DNA of 64,000 bases from an uncultured Verrucomicrobiae bacterium (GTDB lineage Bacteria; Verrucomicrobiota; Verrucomicrobiia; Limisphaerales; Palsa-1400): contig CAVPOM010000005.1 of NCBI GenBank assembly GCA_963707025.1, positions 320,001 through 384,000 of the forward strand, in the 5' to 3' direction. The position numbers and the translations under genes were made by a program. Position 1 is the stretch's first letter. Each line of letters starts with the position of its first letter. Below are positions 19,384 to 29,191 of this stretch, in pieces. Under the pieces are notes generated by a model. It was not told the origin of the DNA. It saw nothing but the letters and a program-made list of their open reading frames with translations, and ran no database searches.

Positions 19384-20420
19384 GGCGGTGTGGCTGTTGG
19401 TGTTTTCAAAAAATTCGGGTTGACGAACCGCGCCGCGATGGCCTGCAAACTCTGGCCTGTGATGCTCACATTGGCGGCCACGCAGCGAGATTGCTGAATG
19501 GCGTCGCACCCGGCGACACATTGCCAGGCGGCTGCGGCGGCGAAGGCTTCGCCCAGAATTGCCATTGGAGTCAACAATTCGCCTGGCCAATCGTCCCAGG
19601 CGGGGTTGTCGCATTCGCTGGCGCAAAGCAATTCGTCCGGCGCGCCGAGGGGCAGTTGCGCGCGCACTTTTCGCGCCGCGTCATGGCGGCCCGGCGCGCG
19701 GGTGGCGGCGAGGGAATCCGTCACCGCGGCCAATTCAACAGGAGCGTGAGTGGGAGGCCAGGTTTTCAGGTAAAGCGCGCCCGCTCCGCTGGAGTGAATC
19801 GCCCGGCGGTCAAACAAGCGCAGCGCGTCGGCGGCGGTCCAATCCGGTTCCTCCGCGCCAATGACGACACAGGCCTCGGCCAAGCCGTTGTCCAGCCATC
19901 CTGCGGCCACGGCGAGGCCCTGCAAGAAAGTGCCCGCATCGCCGACCAGAGAGTAAGTGAGCACCGAAGAACCCAAGCAGGCCGCCAGATGACTGGCGGA
20001 AGAGTTAAAAACCGTTTCCGGGAAGATCATCGGGCTGGCGGTGGCCGGGTTTTGCAGAACTTCTTCATAAAACCGCCGCGAATAAGAAATGCCTCCTGTC
20101 AAGGTGCAGGTCACGATGCCCAACCGCAGGCCGCCGGAGAGGATGAGGCCGGCGTCCCGGCCGAGGGCCTCCAGCGCGGCGCCGACGGCGTAATGAGTGA
20201 TCGGGCTGGCCCGCCGCAAACGGGGATGCGCGGCGAAGGCGGGCCGGACCGGAGGCGGCGGCACGAGGCGCACGAGCAGGGGTTTGTCCCAACCGGGCCG
20301 CGCCAGCGATTGCACCGGCAGTGGCCGCTGGTTTTTCAGACTGGCCCGCAAAGCCGGCACACCCCAGCCCGCCGGGGAAACCGCGCCTTGCCCATGCACA
20401 AATACCCGGCTCACCGGCAC
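19380..20420 (-). CDS. Ketosynthase-like partner subunit (chain-length-factor-like, no catalytic Cys)
   Basis: KS N-terminal fold motifs (GQGAVSPAG, RLRRAS, ASPMIFPETVFNS). SLVGDAGT stands where the KS has NACASG. Confidence 0.75.
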   Translation of the reverse strand: MPVSRVFVHGQGAVSPAGWGVPALRASLKNQRPLPVQSLARPGWDKPLLVRLVPPPPVRPAFAAHPRLRRASPITHYAVGAALEALGRDAGLILSGGLRLGIVTCTLTGGISYSRRFYEEVLQNPATASPMIFPETVFNSSASHLAACLGSSVLTYSLVGDAGTFLQGLAVAAGWLDNGLAEACVVIGAEEPDWTAADALRLFDRRAIHSSGAGALYLKTWPPTHAPVELAAVTDSLAATRAPGRHDAARKVRAQLPLGAPDELLCASECDNPAWDDWPGELLTPMAILGEAFAAAAAWQCVAGCDAIQQSRCVAANVSITGQSLQAIAARFVNPNFLKTPTATPP

Positions 20421-21649
20421 CTCCGAAACAGGAGGGTGGCGTTGGCGCCTCCGAACCCAAAGGAATTGGACAGGACGGTTTGTATTTGCGCATCAACTGG
20501 CTGGCGCACTATTTGAAAGCGGCAGACCGGATCAGGAGCCTGCAGCGAAGTCTCCGGCGGAAGCCACTGGCCGCGCAAGGCCATAAGGGAAACCACCGCT
20601 TCAACCGCTCCGGCCGCGCCCAACAAATGGCCAATGCCCGCCTTGGTGGAACTGACCGGCAGTGTCGCGGCCCGCGCACCAGCCCAAGCATGGATGGCGG
20701 CGGTTTCGGCGGAGTCGTTTTGCGGCGTGGCAGTCCCGTGGGCGTTCACATAATCAATTTGTTCCGGCGTGACGCCCGCGCCGGCACAGGCGGCCTGCAT
20801 GGCGGCCAGCGCCGCGTTTCCTTCCGGCTGGGGCTGGGTGAGATGGTGTGTGTCCGTTGTGGCTCCATAACCCAGGATTTCGCCGAGGATTTCCGCACCC
20901 CGCCGTTGGGCGGAACTCAAGTCTTCCAGAGCGAGCACCGCCGCGCCTTCACCCAGCGTCAAGCCGTCACGCCCCGCGTCAAACGGGCGGCACGGTGACG
21001 GCGAGAGGGCTTGGAGCGCGTCAAACCCGGCAAATGTCAAATGGCAGAGAGCGTCGTATCCTCCGGTCAGGACCCTTTCGGCCCGGCCTTGGCGAAGCAA
21101 TTGCCAGGCATGCCCAATGGCGTTGGCTCCCGAGGCACAGGCATTGGAAATGGTAATGACCTCTGCCTCGACACCGAGGGCGTTGGCCAGATTGATCCCT
21201 TGCTGCTGCACCAGATAATGGGTGACGCGCTCGGTCTGGCGCTTGAAACAAGAAGGCCGTTGCAGGGCTTGGAGAAGATATTCCTGGCCCAGGCACATTT
21301 CCCCGCTGGTCGTGCCCAGGACCAAGGGAAGACGGCCGTGCGGAGCCCATCCGGCTTGGTTCCATGCTTCCGCGCCGGCCAGAATGAGCAGGCGCGAGGC
21401 GCGCTGGAGCCGCCGCAAATCGCCGCGGGACAACCGGTTGGGCGGCAAGTCGCCTGGCAGATCAATTTCGGCGGCAATTTTGCACCGCTGACGCGATACG
21501 TCGAACAGTGTCACCGGGCGAAAAGCCGTGCGCCCGGAGCGAAAAGCCTCGGCGTTTATCTTCCAGCCCGCGCCGAAGGCGGTGATGACACCCGCGCCGG
21601 TGACGACGATGCGCCGCGGTGGCGGTGATTTAGGCGGTGGGAACAGCAC
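20411..21649 (-). CDS. Beta-ketoacyl-ACP synthase (FabF-like KS)
   Basis: Cys-His-His triad: SNACASG, YVNAHGTAT and KAGIGHLLGAAG; also RPFDAGRDG and SNSFGFGG. Confidence 0.92.
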   Translation of the reverse strand: MLFPPPKSPPPRRIVVTGAGVITAFGAGWKINAEAFRSGRTAFRPVTLFDVSRQRCKIAAEIDLPGDLPPNRLSRGDLRRLQRASRLLILAGAEAWNQAGWAPHGRLPLVLGTTSGEMCLGQEYLLQALQRPSCFKRQTERVTHYLVQQQGINLANALGVEAEVITISNACASGANAIGHAWQLLRQGRAERVLTGGYDALCHLTFAGFDALQALSPSPCRPFDAGRDGLTLGEGAAVLALEDLSSAQRRGAEILGEILGYGATTDTHHLTQPQPEGNAALAAMQAACAGAGVTPEQIDYVNAHGTATPQNDSAETAAIHAWAGARAATLPVSSTKAGIGHLLGAAGAVEAVVSLMALRGQWLPPETSLQAPDPVCRFQIVRQPVDAQIQTVLSNSFGFGGANATLLFRRCR

Positions 21650-23054
21650 GGGTCATTTCAGCCACGCCCTGCGGCATGATGCGTTGCAACATGGCAAAGT
21701 AACTCCAGAGTGGACCAACGACGCCGCGCCGGCGCAGGCGCGCGACCAGATTGGCGAAGCCGGGAGGCGGATCGCCAACGATCCAATTGGGCGCGCGGCG
21801 GGCAAACTCGCGCAGCCGCTCAAAGACGGAGGCTTCGTCCAGCCCGGCCGCGAAGTAGTACGCCGGGGCCAGCAGGTCGGCGCCGGCCGTGACCTGGCCG
21901 TCACGCACCGCCCGCTGCGCCAGCGCCGTGCCGGGGAAGATTCGCATGCCCACCACCGCCAGCACGACCGAGCCTGCCAGATGCCGGGAGTTTTGGAAGC
22001 TGGTTTCCAGTGTTTCCAGCGTTTCACCCGGTCCGCCGCAAATCAGGTAGTGGCAATGCTCGATTCCCGCCTGCCGGGCCAACTGGCTCGACCGGGCGAT
22101 GTCATCAAAGGCGAGCCGCTTGGTGTACTGCTCCAGGACTGAGTCGCAAAAACTGTCGGACCCAAACTCGATGTGGGTTAAACCCGCCTGCGCCATCAGC
22201 CGCATCATTTCCAAGGTCAGTGATTGCGGACGCAGGAAGCAGCCCCAGGCAAGTTTGACGCGGCGGCGGAGGATCGCTTCGCAGGTTTCGGCGACATGCC
22301 GCTCCGACGAGTTGAAAACGGAATCAACGACGAACACGTATTTCGCGCCCATCGCCTGAAGCTGCTCGAACTCCCCGGCGACGGCCTCCGGGTCGCGCCG
22401 GCGATGCAGGCATCCTTCGATCAGCGGGTAAGCGCAGTAAGTGCAGGCATGTCCACAGCCCCGTTGCGTCTGCGCGTTCAACATGCCGCTGGCCCTGAGG
22501 TAAAAGTCCGCGACTGCCGGCGGGCGGTCGGCGGCATCCAATCCAGTTTGCGATCCGGAAGGCTGCTGCGGATTGGCCACAATCTGCCGGCCACGACGGT
22601 AAACCAGACCTGGGATGGACGCGTAGCCGCCGCCGCCACGCAACGCCGCCACCAGCGCGACCAGGCTCGCCTCGCCTTCGCCCTGGATGCCAAAGTCGGC
22701 GCGGCTGAGTTCGAGCAATTTGCCGGGATAAATTGAAAAGCCGCTGCCGCCGATCACCACCGTGCAGGGATGGGCACGGCGTACGGTGTCACTCAGCGTC
22801 AGCAGACCGGCGAAGTAGGTTTCCTGTTGCCGGATGAGGACATTGTCAATATTACGAAGCGAGATGCCGACAAAATCAGGCTGGTAGCGGCGCAGCACTT
22901 CCTCGACCGGCTGCGTTTCCGCCAGGAGGTCAAAGAGCCGGGTTTCGTGGCCGGCCCGCCGCAAGGCGGCGTTGAGGTGGGAGAGACCGAGCGGGAATAC
23001 CGGATCAGGCGCGGCGCACCGATTGGCGTTGATGAGGAGAATCCTGCTAGCCAT
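21630..23054 (-). CDS. Cobalamin-binding radical SAM protein (lipid-biosynthesis type)
   Basis: N-terminal B12-binding domain (RILLINAN...PVFPLGL...GISLRNIDN...GGSGFS...GEGE) and the CxxxCxxC motif RGCGHACTYC. Confidence 0.88.
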   Translation of the reverse strand: MASRILLINANRCAAPDPVFPLGLSHLNAALRRAGHETRLFDLLAETQPVEEVLRRYQPDFVGISLRNIDNVLIRQQETYFAGLLTLSDTVRRAHPCTVVIGGSGFSIYPGKLLELSRADFGIQGEGEASLVALVAALRGGGGYASIPGLVYRRGRQIVANPQQPSGSQTGLDAADRPPAVADFYLRASGMLNAQTQRGCGHACTYCAYPLIEGCLHRRRDPEAVAGEFEQLQAMGAKYVFVVDSVFNSSERHVAETCEAILRRRVKLAWGCFLRPQSLTLEMMRLMAQAGLTHIEFGSDSFCDSVLEQYTKRLAFDDIARSSQLARQAGIEHCHYLICGGPGETLETLETSFQNSRHLAGSVVLAVVGMRIFPGTALAQRAVRDGQVTAGADLLAPAYYFAAGLDEASVFERLREFARRAPNWIVGDPPPGFANLVARLRRRGVVGPLWSYFAMLQRIMPQGVAEMTRAVPTA

Positions 23055-23062
23055 GGCCAACC

Positions 23063-24091
23063 TCAACGGGTCATCGGCGCGCGTTCCCCGGTGGCGGGGC
23101 TGGCCCTGCCGTTCCGGTAAAAGTCGGCCAATCCCTGCCGCGACGGGGTCAAGCCCTCCGCTTCAATCGCCGCCAGCACGCGTGCTTCCGTCATGATGAA
23201 ACGGTCGCGTTTATAGATGATATAGTCGTCGCGCATGCCGTCCGGTGTCATGTTGATGGTCACCAGATTGGCCCCGGCTCGCAAACCGCGGCGGTAGCCG
23301 TCGTCTTCGACCAGATTGAGCGCGCTCACGGCTGGAATGACCCAGTCCGGCCGCATCAGCCGGAGGGCCGCCATGCAGTTAATCGTCCAATCAGCCGGGG
23401 CCGGGCGCCTGTTGGCCAAAGGCGTGTCCTCGCCGGGGATGAACGGGCTGACACTGCATCCGTGCAGCGGGAGCGAGCGTGCCAATTCCAAATCCGCGCG
23501 CAGATCGCGCACCGACTGTCCCGGCAAACCAGCGATGAAACCCGAACTGACGAACCATCCGCCCTCCGCCAGCAGGCGGATGTTCCGCAACCGCTCGGCC
23601 AAGGTGCCGGGCGCCTGCACCGCCTGGTAACGGGCCTCCTCACCGGCTTCAAACTTTATGATGTAGATGGACGCGCCGGCGCGTTGCAGTTTCTCGTAAA
23701 CTTCCGGGGTCAGCGTGCCAAGGCAAAGGCTGACTCCGAGCGACGTCTCGCGCTGAAGTGTCGCCAGCAGCGGCAACACCACCTCGCGCACGACGGCCGG
23801 GTCTTCCCCGCTTTGGATATTGATATCTGTGACCGTGGCCGGAAGATGGTGAAGGAGCAACTCGGCGATCTGTTCCTGGCGGGCGCGGTGCCGATGCAAG
23901 ATGCGATTATCCCGGCGCATCCCGCAATAAGCGCAATTCTCGCGGCAAAAATTGGAAACCTCGACCACCGCGCGGACAAAAACGTTGCGGCCAAACCCGG
24001 CGCGCGTTGCCTCGGCGGCGGATTCATGCAAGGCCGTCTGCCTCGATCCGCTGGCATTCAAGTCGGTTTCACTCAAGCAGTCCATTTGCAA
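23063..24091 (-). CDS. Radical SAM protein, HydE/PylB/BioB-like
   Basis: EVSNFCRENCAYCG, IQSGED, SGFIAGLPGQ, PFIPGEDTP and GANLVTINMTP. Confidence 0.85.
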   Translation of the reverse strand: MQMDCLSETDLNASGSRQTALHESAAEATRAGFGRNVFVRAVVEVSNFCRENCAYCGMRRDNRILHRHRARQEQIAELLLHHLPATVTDINIQSGEDPAVVREVVLPLLATLQRETSLGVSLCLGTLTPEVYEKLQRAGASIYIIKFEAGEEARYQAVQAPGTLAERLRNIRLLAEGGWFVSSGFIAGLPGQSVRDLRADLELARSLPLHGCSVSPFIPGEDTPLANRRPAPADWTINCMAALRLMRPDWVIPAVSALNLVEDDGYRRGLRAGANLVTINMTPDGMRDDYIIYKRDRFIMTEARVLAAIEAEGLTPSRQGLADFYRNGRASPATGERAPMTR

Positions 24092-24407
24092 GCATCTTTT
24101 CGGTTAATCACGCCAAGTCCGGCCCGGGTCACGGCGCGCCCACTGTGGGGCATCACCCTGCCACGGCTGGCACGCCAGGAAGCGCCGGCCATCCAACAGG
24201 ATTTGGCGGCAAAGAACGCAGCGCTGGCACAAGACTATTAAAAGGGCTTAAACCGTGACAGTCAACCCATGCTTTTTATCAAGGGCGGCGGCAGGAACGA
24301 CCGGGTTGCAATCGGCAAGATCCCGCAGGCAGAGCGCCGTTTTGCGACAGCGCCGGAATGGCCGGATTTCCATTTGTCAGGCCCGGCGTTCGGGTCTATC
24401 TTGCGCC

Positions 24408-24983
24408 ATGAAGACAATGCGCAAAATATCAATCGGCGCTCTGCTGATGCTGTTCCCGGCCGGCCTGGCGCTGGCGGCTGATCCAACAGCCTTTTCGCTG
24501 ATCAAGGAGGGGGACAGATACATCGGTGAGCAAAGCAAAGACAAAGTCGTGCAAATTCGCTCCGACAAATCCGTCGGAACCATGATTCCGAATATATGGT
24601 ATGTAGTCTATTATGATCCCGACGCGTCGTTGAAAGCCGTCGAGGTGAAATTTGGCGCGGGCCAGAAGATGAAGGTGTCGCGGCCCTTGCGGCTGTTGGA
24701 ACCGGTCACGGGCGCGGACAAAGTGCTGGATTCAGCCAGACTCAAAACAGACTCCGACAAGGCGCTGGCGACCGCCATGGCCCAGCCGCTGTTGAAGAAT
24801 CTGACGCTCACAGCGTCACAAATGTGGCTGCAGCACGCTGAGGAAGGTCCACGGTGGAAGATCAAATTGTGGGCGGCCAAACTCAAGAAGCCCTGGGATC
24901 AGGCTGACGTGGGCGATGTTTATGTTTCCACCGCCGACGGCTCTGTGATTCGGACCGACCTGCATCCCTCCCGCATAGATTAA
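24408..24983 (+). CDS. Secreted hypothetical protein (weak PepSY-like resemblance)
   Basis: Signal peptide MKTMRKISIGALLMLFPAGLALA; DSDKALATA...WKIKLW...YVSTADGSVI. Confidence 0.65.
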   Translation: MKTMRKISIGALLMLFPAGLALAADPTAFSLIKEGDRYIGEQSKDKVVQIRSDKSVGTMIPNIWYVVYYDPDASLKAVEVKFGAGQKMKVSRPLRLLEPVTGADKVLDSARLKTDSDKALATAMAQPLLKNLTLTASQMWLQHAEEGPRWKIKLWAAKLKKPWDQADVGDVYVSTADGSVIRTDLHPSRID

Positions 24984-25012
24984 ATGGCACCGCGCCGCGC
25001 CGGACCCAAAAT

Positions 25013-25681
25013 ATGATGGATTGGAAACGGCAATGCGCCGCGGTGATACCGTGTTTCAATGAAGCCGGGCGGATCGGGCCGGTCATTGTTGGGGTGCAAC
25101 GCCATTTGCCCAGCCTCATCGTGGTGGATGACGGGTCCACCGATGCCACCCCGAAAGAGGCCGCACGGGCTGGCGCGGAGGTGATCCGGCAAGGCGCCAA
25201 CCGCGGAAAGGGGTTGGCCTTGCGGGCGGGTTGGCGCCACGCCCGGCGCATGGGCTTCACCTGGGCCTTGTCGCTGGATGGAGATGGACAGCACGCCGCG
25301 GAGGACATCCCGGAGTTTTTCGCCTGTGCCGAACGAACATCCGCGCGCCTGATTGTCGGCAATCGGATGGGGCAAGGCGGGGCCATGCCGTGGTTGCGCC
25401 GTTGGGCCAACCGCTGGATGTCCCGGTGCCTGTCTGACATGACGGGAGCGGCCTTGCCGGACTCACAGTGCGGTTTTCGTCTGGGGCATTTGGAAACCCT
25501 GCGGCGACTCCACCTCTCCGCTGCGCGATTTGAAATCGAATCGGAAACCCTGCTGGCCATTCTGGCCGCCGGGGAACGGGTGGAATTTGTCCCCATCCAA
25601 GTCATCTACAAATCCAGCCGGAGCAATATATGTCCCTTCCGGGACACCTGGCGATGGTTGCGCTGGCGGGCGGCGCAATGA
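25013..25681 (+). CDS. Glycosyltransferase family 2 (DPM synthase-like)
   Basis: VIPCFNE, VVDDGSTD, NRGKG, LDGDGQH and DSQCGFR. Confidence 0.92.
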   Translation: MMDWKRQCAAVIPCFNEAGRIGPVIVGVQRHLPSLIVVDDGSTDATPKEAARAGAEVIRQGANRGKGLALRAGWRHARRMGFTWALSLDGDGQHAAEDIPEFFACAERTSARLIVGNRMGQGGAMPWLRRWANRWMSRCLSDMTGAALPDSQCGFRLGHLETLRRLHLSAARFEIESETLLAILAAGERVEFVPIQVIYKSSRSNICPFRDTWRWLRWRAAQ

Positions 25682-25700
25682 GCCGTGCCAACATAGAATT

Positions 25701-26066
25701 ATGGACGAAATTCAACCTCCAACCCGGCCCAAGGGCCTTGGTTTTCAACTTTTGCTTCGCAAAGTGGTGGCGCTGGTGATTGTGACGGTGGTGTTCGGCT
25801 GGTTTTACGGCTGGGCTTCGCCGTGGGCGTTTCCCAAGAACCAGACCGCCGGCTTTAAATACGGCATCTTGCATGGCGCCTTGATGCCCTTGTCGCTGCC
25901 CGCCCTGGTCATCGGCAGGGACGTGCCGATTTATGCGCCGGACAATTCCGGACGTGGCTACAAAATTGGATATATCTGCGGCATTGATGCGTGCGGCCTG
26001 CTTTTTTTTGGCGCCGCCTTTCGCCGGCCCAAAATCACATCAGCCAACTGCGATAAATCTCAATAA
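25701..26066 (+). CDS. Small membrane hypothetical protein
   Basis: Two to three hydrophobic segments, AGFKYGILHG and GYKIGY. Confidence 0.65.
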   Translation: MDEIQPPTRPKGLGFQLLLRKVVALVIVTVVFGWFYGWASPWAFPKNQTAGFKYGILHGALMPLSLPALVIGRDVPIYAPDNSGRGYKIGYICGIDACGLLFFGAAFRRPKITSANCDKSQ

Positions 26067-26772
26067 TGTCCAATTCACCCCCGGCCCAATAATGATTGGG
26101 CGGCAGGGAGAACGTGCTGGTGTCGGAGTCGAAGGTCAGCCGCACTGGCTGCTTGGTATTGTTAGGGTCATAGGCTTGAAAGGCAGAACCCCGCCCCGTT
26201 TCCCCGGTGGCAAATAAAATCATGCTGTGATTGATGGTCAGCGCCGGAAATTTCACCAGGTGAATAATCGGCGGAACATTTTCTTTGAGCGCGGCCTCCA
26301 AGGACGCGGCGGTGCGGGCCTGGTGCGCGCGTGAAATGGGAAAAACCATCCGCCAATGGCTCCGCAAAACATAAGACCGCCAGGCCCCGCCGCAGCCGGC
26401 TTTCAACAACGCCGGACGCGCCCCGCTGAATTCCCGCAAACTCGCATGGCCGGGAATGACGATTTGATTCCCGGCGGCGCAAGGCTGACGGGGATTCCGT
26501 CCCACCACCTCGCGAATCAGGCGGCGGCACGTTTCGTCATCGGCCGCCTTTTGTGCGGGATCAAAGCGGGCGTGATAAAGAAATTGCCGCGCCGCCCGCG
26601 TCAAGACGAAACAACGATGGGCGTAGGCCGGTTTTGGCTCGCGCCGGCGGAAACGGGTCTTGCCGGTGGACGCCTCGAACTGGTATTCCCAGAACGTTTC
26701 ATTTTCAAAGGCAAAGCTGTCCCGGTCAAACTCAAACCGGCGCGGCCTGGCATGGTTGGAATTATTGGACAT
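26035..26772 (-). CDS. Hypothetical protein with candidate papain/transglutaminase-like Cys-His-Asp triad
   Basis: RDSFAFEN, YAHRCF, INHSMIL and YDPN in the expected order. Confidence 0.6.
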   Translation of the reverse strand: MSNNSNHARPRRFEFDRDSFAFENETFWEYQFEASTGKTRFRRREPKPAYAHRCFVLTRAARQFLYHARFDPAQKAADDETCRRLIREVVGRNPRQPCAAGNQIVIPGHASLREFSGARPALLKAGCGGAWRSYVLRSHWRMVFPISRAHQARTAASLEAALKENVPPIIHLVKFPALTINHSMILFATGETGRGSAFQAYDPNNTKQPVRLTFDSDTSTFSLPPNHYWAGGELDIIEIYRSWLM

Positions 26773-26820
26773 AAGCAATTGGCTTGCCGGGCAAGTTAGG
26801 GTTGTATTAATGCACTGGCA

Positions 26821-28065
26821 ATGCTTTACCAACGCTGGCGAGACATCTCCAACGAAAGGCGCAACGAACTTGCGTTGCAGGACTTGTCGTCCGGGCAACA
26901 TTGGACCTTTGCCCGATTACGCGCCACGGCCGAGTCGTGGCCGTTGATGGAGGGCAACCTGGTTTGTCCGCACGGCCATGACGCCGCTTTCGTTTGTTCG
27001 CTCCTGTCCGCCTGGCGCGCCGGAAAAGTCGTCTGTCCGCTGGAATCCGGGCAAACCGCTCCCAAGGTCGCGCTCCCGCCGGAAGGCTGCGTTCATCTCA
27101 AGTGGACCTCGGCCACAACCGGCGCCGCCCGCCTGGTTGCGTTCACCGGCGAACAACTCGCCGCCGACGCCGCCCAAATTGTCCTGGCCATGGGGTTGCG
27201 CGCCGACTCGCCCAACCTCGGGGTGATTTCGCTGGCGCATTCCTACGGATTTTCAAATTTGGTGCTGCCGCTGTTGCTGCATGGCATTCCGCTGATTCTG
27301 GCGCCCGCGCCGTTGCCGGAGATTATTCGCCGCGCGGCGGCCCATGAACCGGCGGTGACCCTGCCGGCGGTGCCCGCCTTGTGGCGCGCCTGGCATGAGG
27401 CTGGCGGCGTCCCCGCCCAAGTGCGGCTGGCCATTTCCGCCGGCGCGCCACTGCCGTTGAATTTGGAGCAGGAGGTCTTTGCGAAGAGTGGAATTAAAAT
27501 TCACAATTTTTACGGCGCATCCGAATGCGGCGGCATCGCTTACGAGGCCAGTGCCGTGCCGCGCACGGACGCAGCCCTGGCCGGAACTGCCCTGCCCGGC
27601 GTCAGTGTGTCATTGAACGCGGAGGGTTGCTTGATGGCGCGCGGTCCGGCGGCCGGCCTGACCTATTGGCCCGAAGCATCCCCGGCGCTGAGCGACGGAA
27701 AGTTTCAAACGAGCGATCTGGCCGAATTGAACAATGGATTGGTTTACTTGCGGGGCCGTCGCAGCGACCTGATCAACATGGCCGGCCGGAAAGTGTCGCC
27801 GGAGACAATTGAGCGCGCCCTGCTGGCCCATCCGCGCGTGCGGGAGTGCCTGGTCTTCGGCGCGCAGAGCCAGAATGAGCAGCGCAACGACGTGATTGTC
27901 GCGGTGGTTGCTGCCAGCGCGGGAGAAAGGGAGTTGAAGCAATTCCTCCTGCAATCCTTGCCGTCATGGCAATTGCCCCGCCGCTGGCAGTTTGTCGAAT
28001 CCCTGTCCGCCGGAGCACGCGGGAAGATTTCGCGCGCGGAATGGCGCCGCCGCTTCACCGGCTGA
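26821..28065 (+). CDS. Class I adenylate-forming enzyme (acyl-ACP/CoA ligase-like)
   Basis: Degenerate P-loop WTSATTGAAR, HSYGF, SAGAPL, NFYGASE, TSDL, GRRSDLIN and C-terminal GKI. Confidence 0.88.
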   Translation: MLYQRWRDISNERRNELALQDLSSGQHWTFARLRATAESWPLMEGNLVCPHGHDAAFVCSLLSAWRAGKVVCPLESGQTAPKVALPPEGCVHLKWTSATTGAARLVAFTGEQLAADAAQIVLAMGLRADSPNLGVISLAHSYGFSNLVLPLLLHGIPLILAPAPLPEIIRRAAAHEPAVTLPAVPALWRAWHEAGGVPAQVRLAISAGAPLPLNLEQEVFAKSGIKIHNFYGASECGGIAYEASAVPRTDAALAGTALPGVSVSLNAEGCLMARGPAAGLTYWPEASPALSDGKFQTSDLAELNNGLVYLRGRRSDLINMAGRKVSPETIERALLAHPRVRECLVFGAQSQNEQRNDVIVAVVAASAGERELKQFLLQSLPSWQLPRRWQFVESLSAGARGKISRAEWRRRFTG

Positions 28066-28070
28066 CAGCC

Positions 28071-28517
28071 TCAGGGGTGGGGCGCTTCTCCGCTCAAGGT
28101 CAATTCCGCCGCGAGCACAAGGTTGTCTCCCACGCGCGCGCGTGCCTGGGCCTGGATCAGATGGCCCAGACGGCCGATGACACTGGCCTCCAGTCGCACC
28201 ACGTCTCCAGGCCGGGCGGCGCCCAGAATTTTCACCCGGCGCAATGCGGTCAGCTTCAAGCCCGCCAGAGGCATGACGGCCGGATCGCTTTGCGCCACAA
28301 CGCCCGAGAGTTGGGCCGCCGCTTCGATGAGCAGCACGCCGGGAAAAATCGGGTCGCCGGGGAAGTGTCCGGGCAAGAATGGCTCATCGCCGCGCACACG
28401 GTATTCGCCCGTGCCTTCCTTCCCCGGCGTCAGGCTGATGATTCTGTCCAGGAAGCGGAACTCCGGGCCGTGCGGCAAAAATCCCAACTCGGTCCCGCCT
28501 GTTCCGGTGGGTTTCAT
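28071..28517 (-). CDS. 3-hydroxyacyl-ACP dehydratase (FabZ-like)
   Basis: LPHGPEFRFLD and GHFPGDPIFPGVLLIEAAAQ (His/Glu dyad). Confidence 0.88.
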   Translation of the reverse strand: MKPTGTGGTELGFLPHGPEFRFLDRIISLTPGKEGTGEYRVRGDEPFLPGHFPGDPIFPGVLLIEAAAQLSGVVAQSDPAVMPLAGLKLTALRRVKILGAARPGDVVRLEASVIGRLGHLIQAQARARVGDNLVLAAELTLSGEAPHP

Positions 28518-29191
28518 TTGGCAAAAGGCTCGGTGACCTTGAAGTCCGCAGGCGGCTTCCATTGGAACAGGTTGTCATCCAAGGCCGGGTTGGCCACGGC
28601 ATTGGTGAAATCGTTGCGCATGCGCGAGCCGTCCACGAAAACCAATTCCGTTCCAGCGAGGGAAAAATTGTTGGCCGTCAGGCTGACTCGCAGCTCGGGC
28701 ATGATCTGGCGCGCGGCGGCGCTGCGCGGCTGCAGTGCCACCAGCCACCTGCCATTGGTTGCGGTGAGCGACAGGACTTGAAATTGCCCATCGAATTCTT
28801 TGCGGGTGCGAGGAAAGCCCGCGTCCAGCAGCGACATGGCATCGCGCCATTCCCGCGGGGCGGACGCGCCCAGAGAATAATGCTCCGCTCTTTTGAGGCG
28901 CGGATAAATGACGAACATCTCATCGGCGTGCCGAAGGGCAATGGTTTGCGCCGGCTGGCCCAGTTCCCAGCGAAACTGGTTGGGCTGGGAAAACCACAAG
29001 CGGCCGGCGGCCACGAGCGGTTGGACGAGGGTTTTGAGGGTGCGTGTTTGCACGAAATCAGCCGACAAGGTGTGAACATTGGCTTGCGCGGCAAACCAAG
29101 CGTCCAGCACCGCGTTGGTGTCGGTGGCGCGCAGCCCAGCCGGGGCCAGCCCGCAGCAGGCCGTCACCAGGACCAGGCGCCAGAACCTCAT
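28514..29191 (-). CDS. LolA-like outer-membrane lipoprotein/lipid carrier
   Basis: Signal peptide, TLSADFVQTR, GRLWFSQPNQFRWE and NPALDDNLF. Confidence 0.82.
   Translation of the reverse strand: MRFWRLVLVTACCGLAPAGLRATDTNAVLDAWFAAQANVHTLSADFVQTRTLKTLVQPLVAAGRLWFSQPNQFRWELGQPAQTIALRHADEMFVIYPRLKRAEHYSLGASAPREWRDAMSLLDAGFPRTRKEFDGQFQVLSLTATNGRWLVALQPRSAAARQIMPELRVSLTANNFSLAGTELVFVDGSRMRNDFTNAVANPALDDNLFQWKPPADFKVTEPFAK

Noticed and set aside
23063..24091. Calling this gene hydE, bioB or pylB
   Set aside because: No hydF/hydG, bio or pyl genes are present in the window, and the context is lipid biosynthesis.
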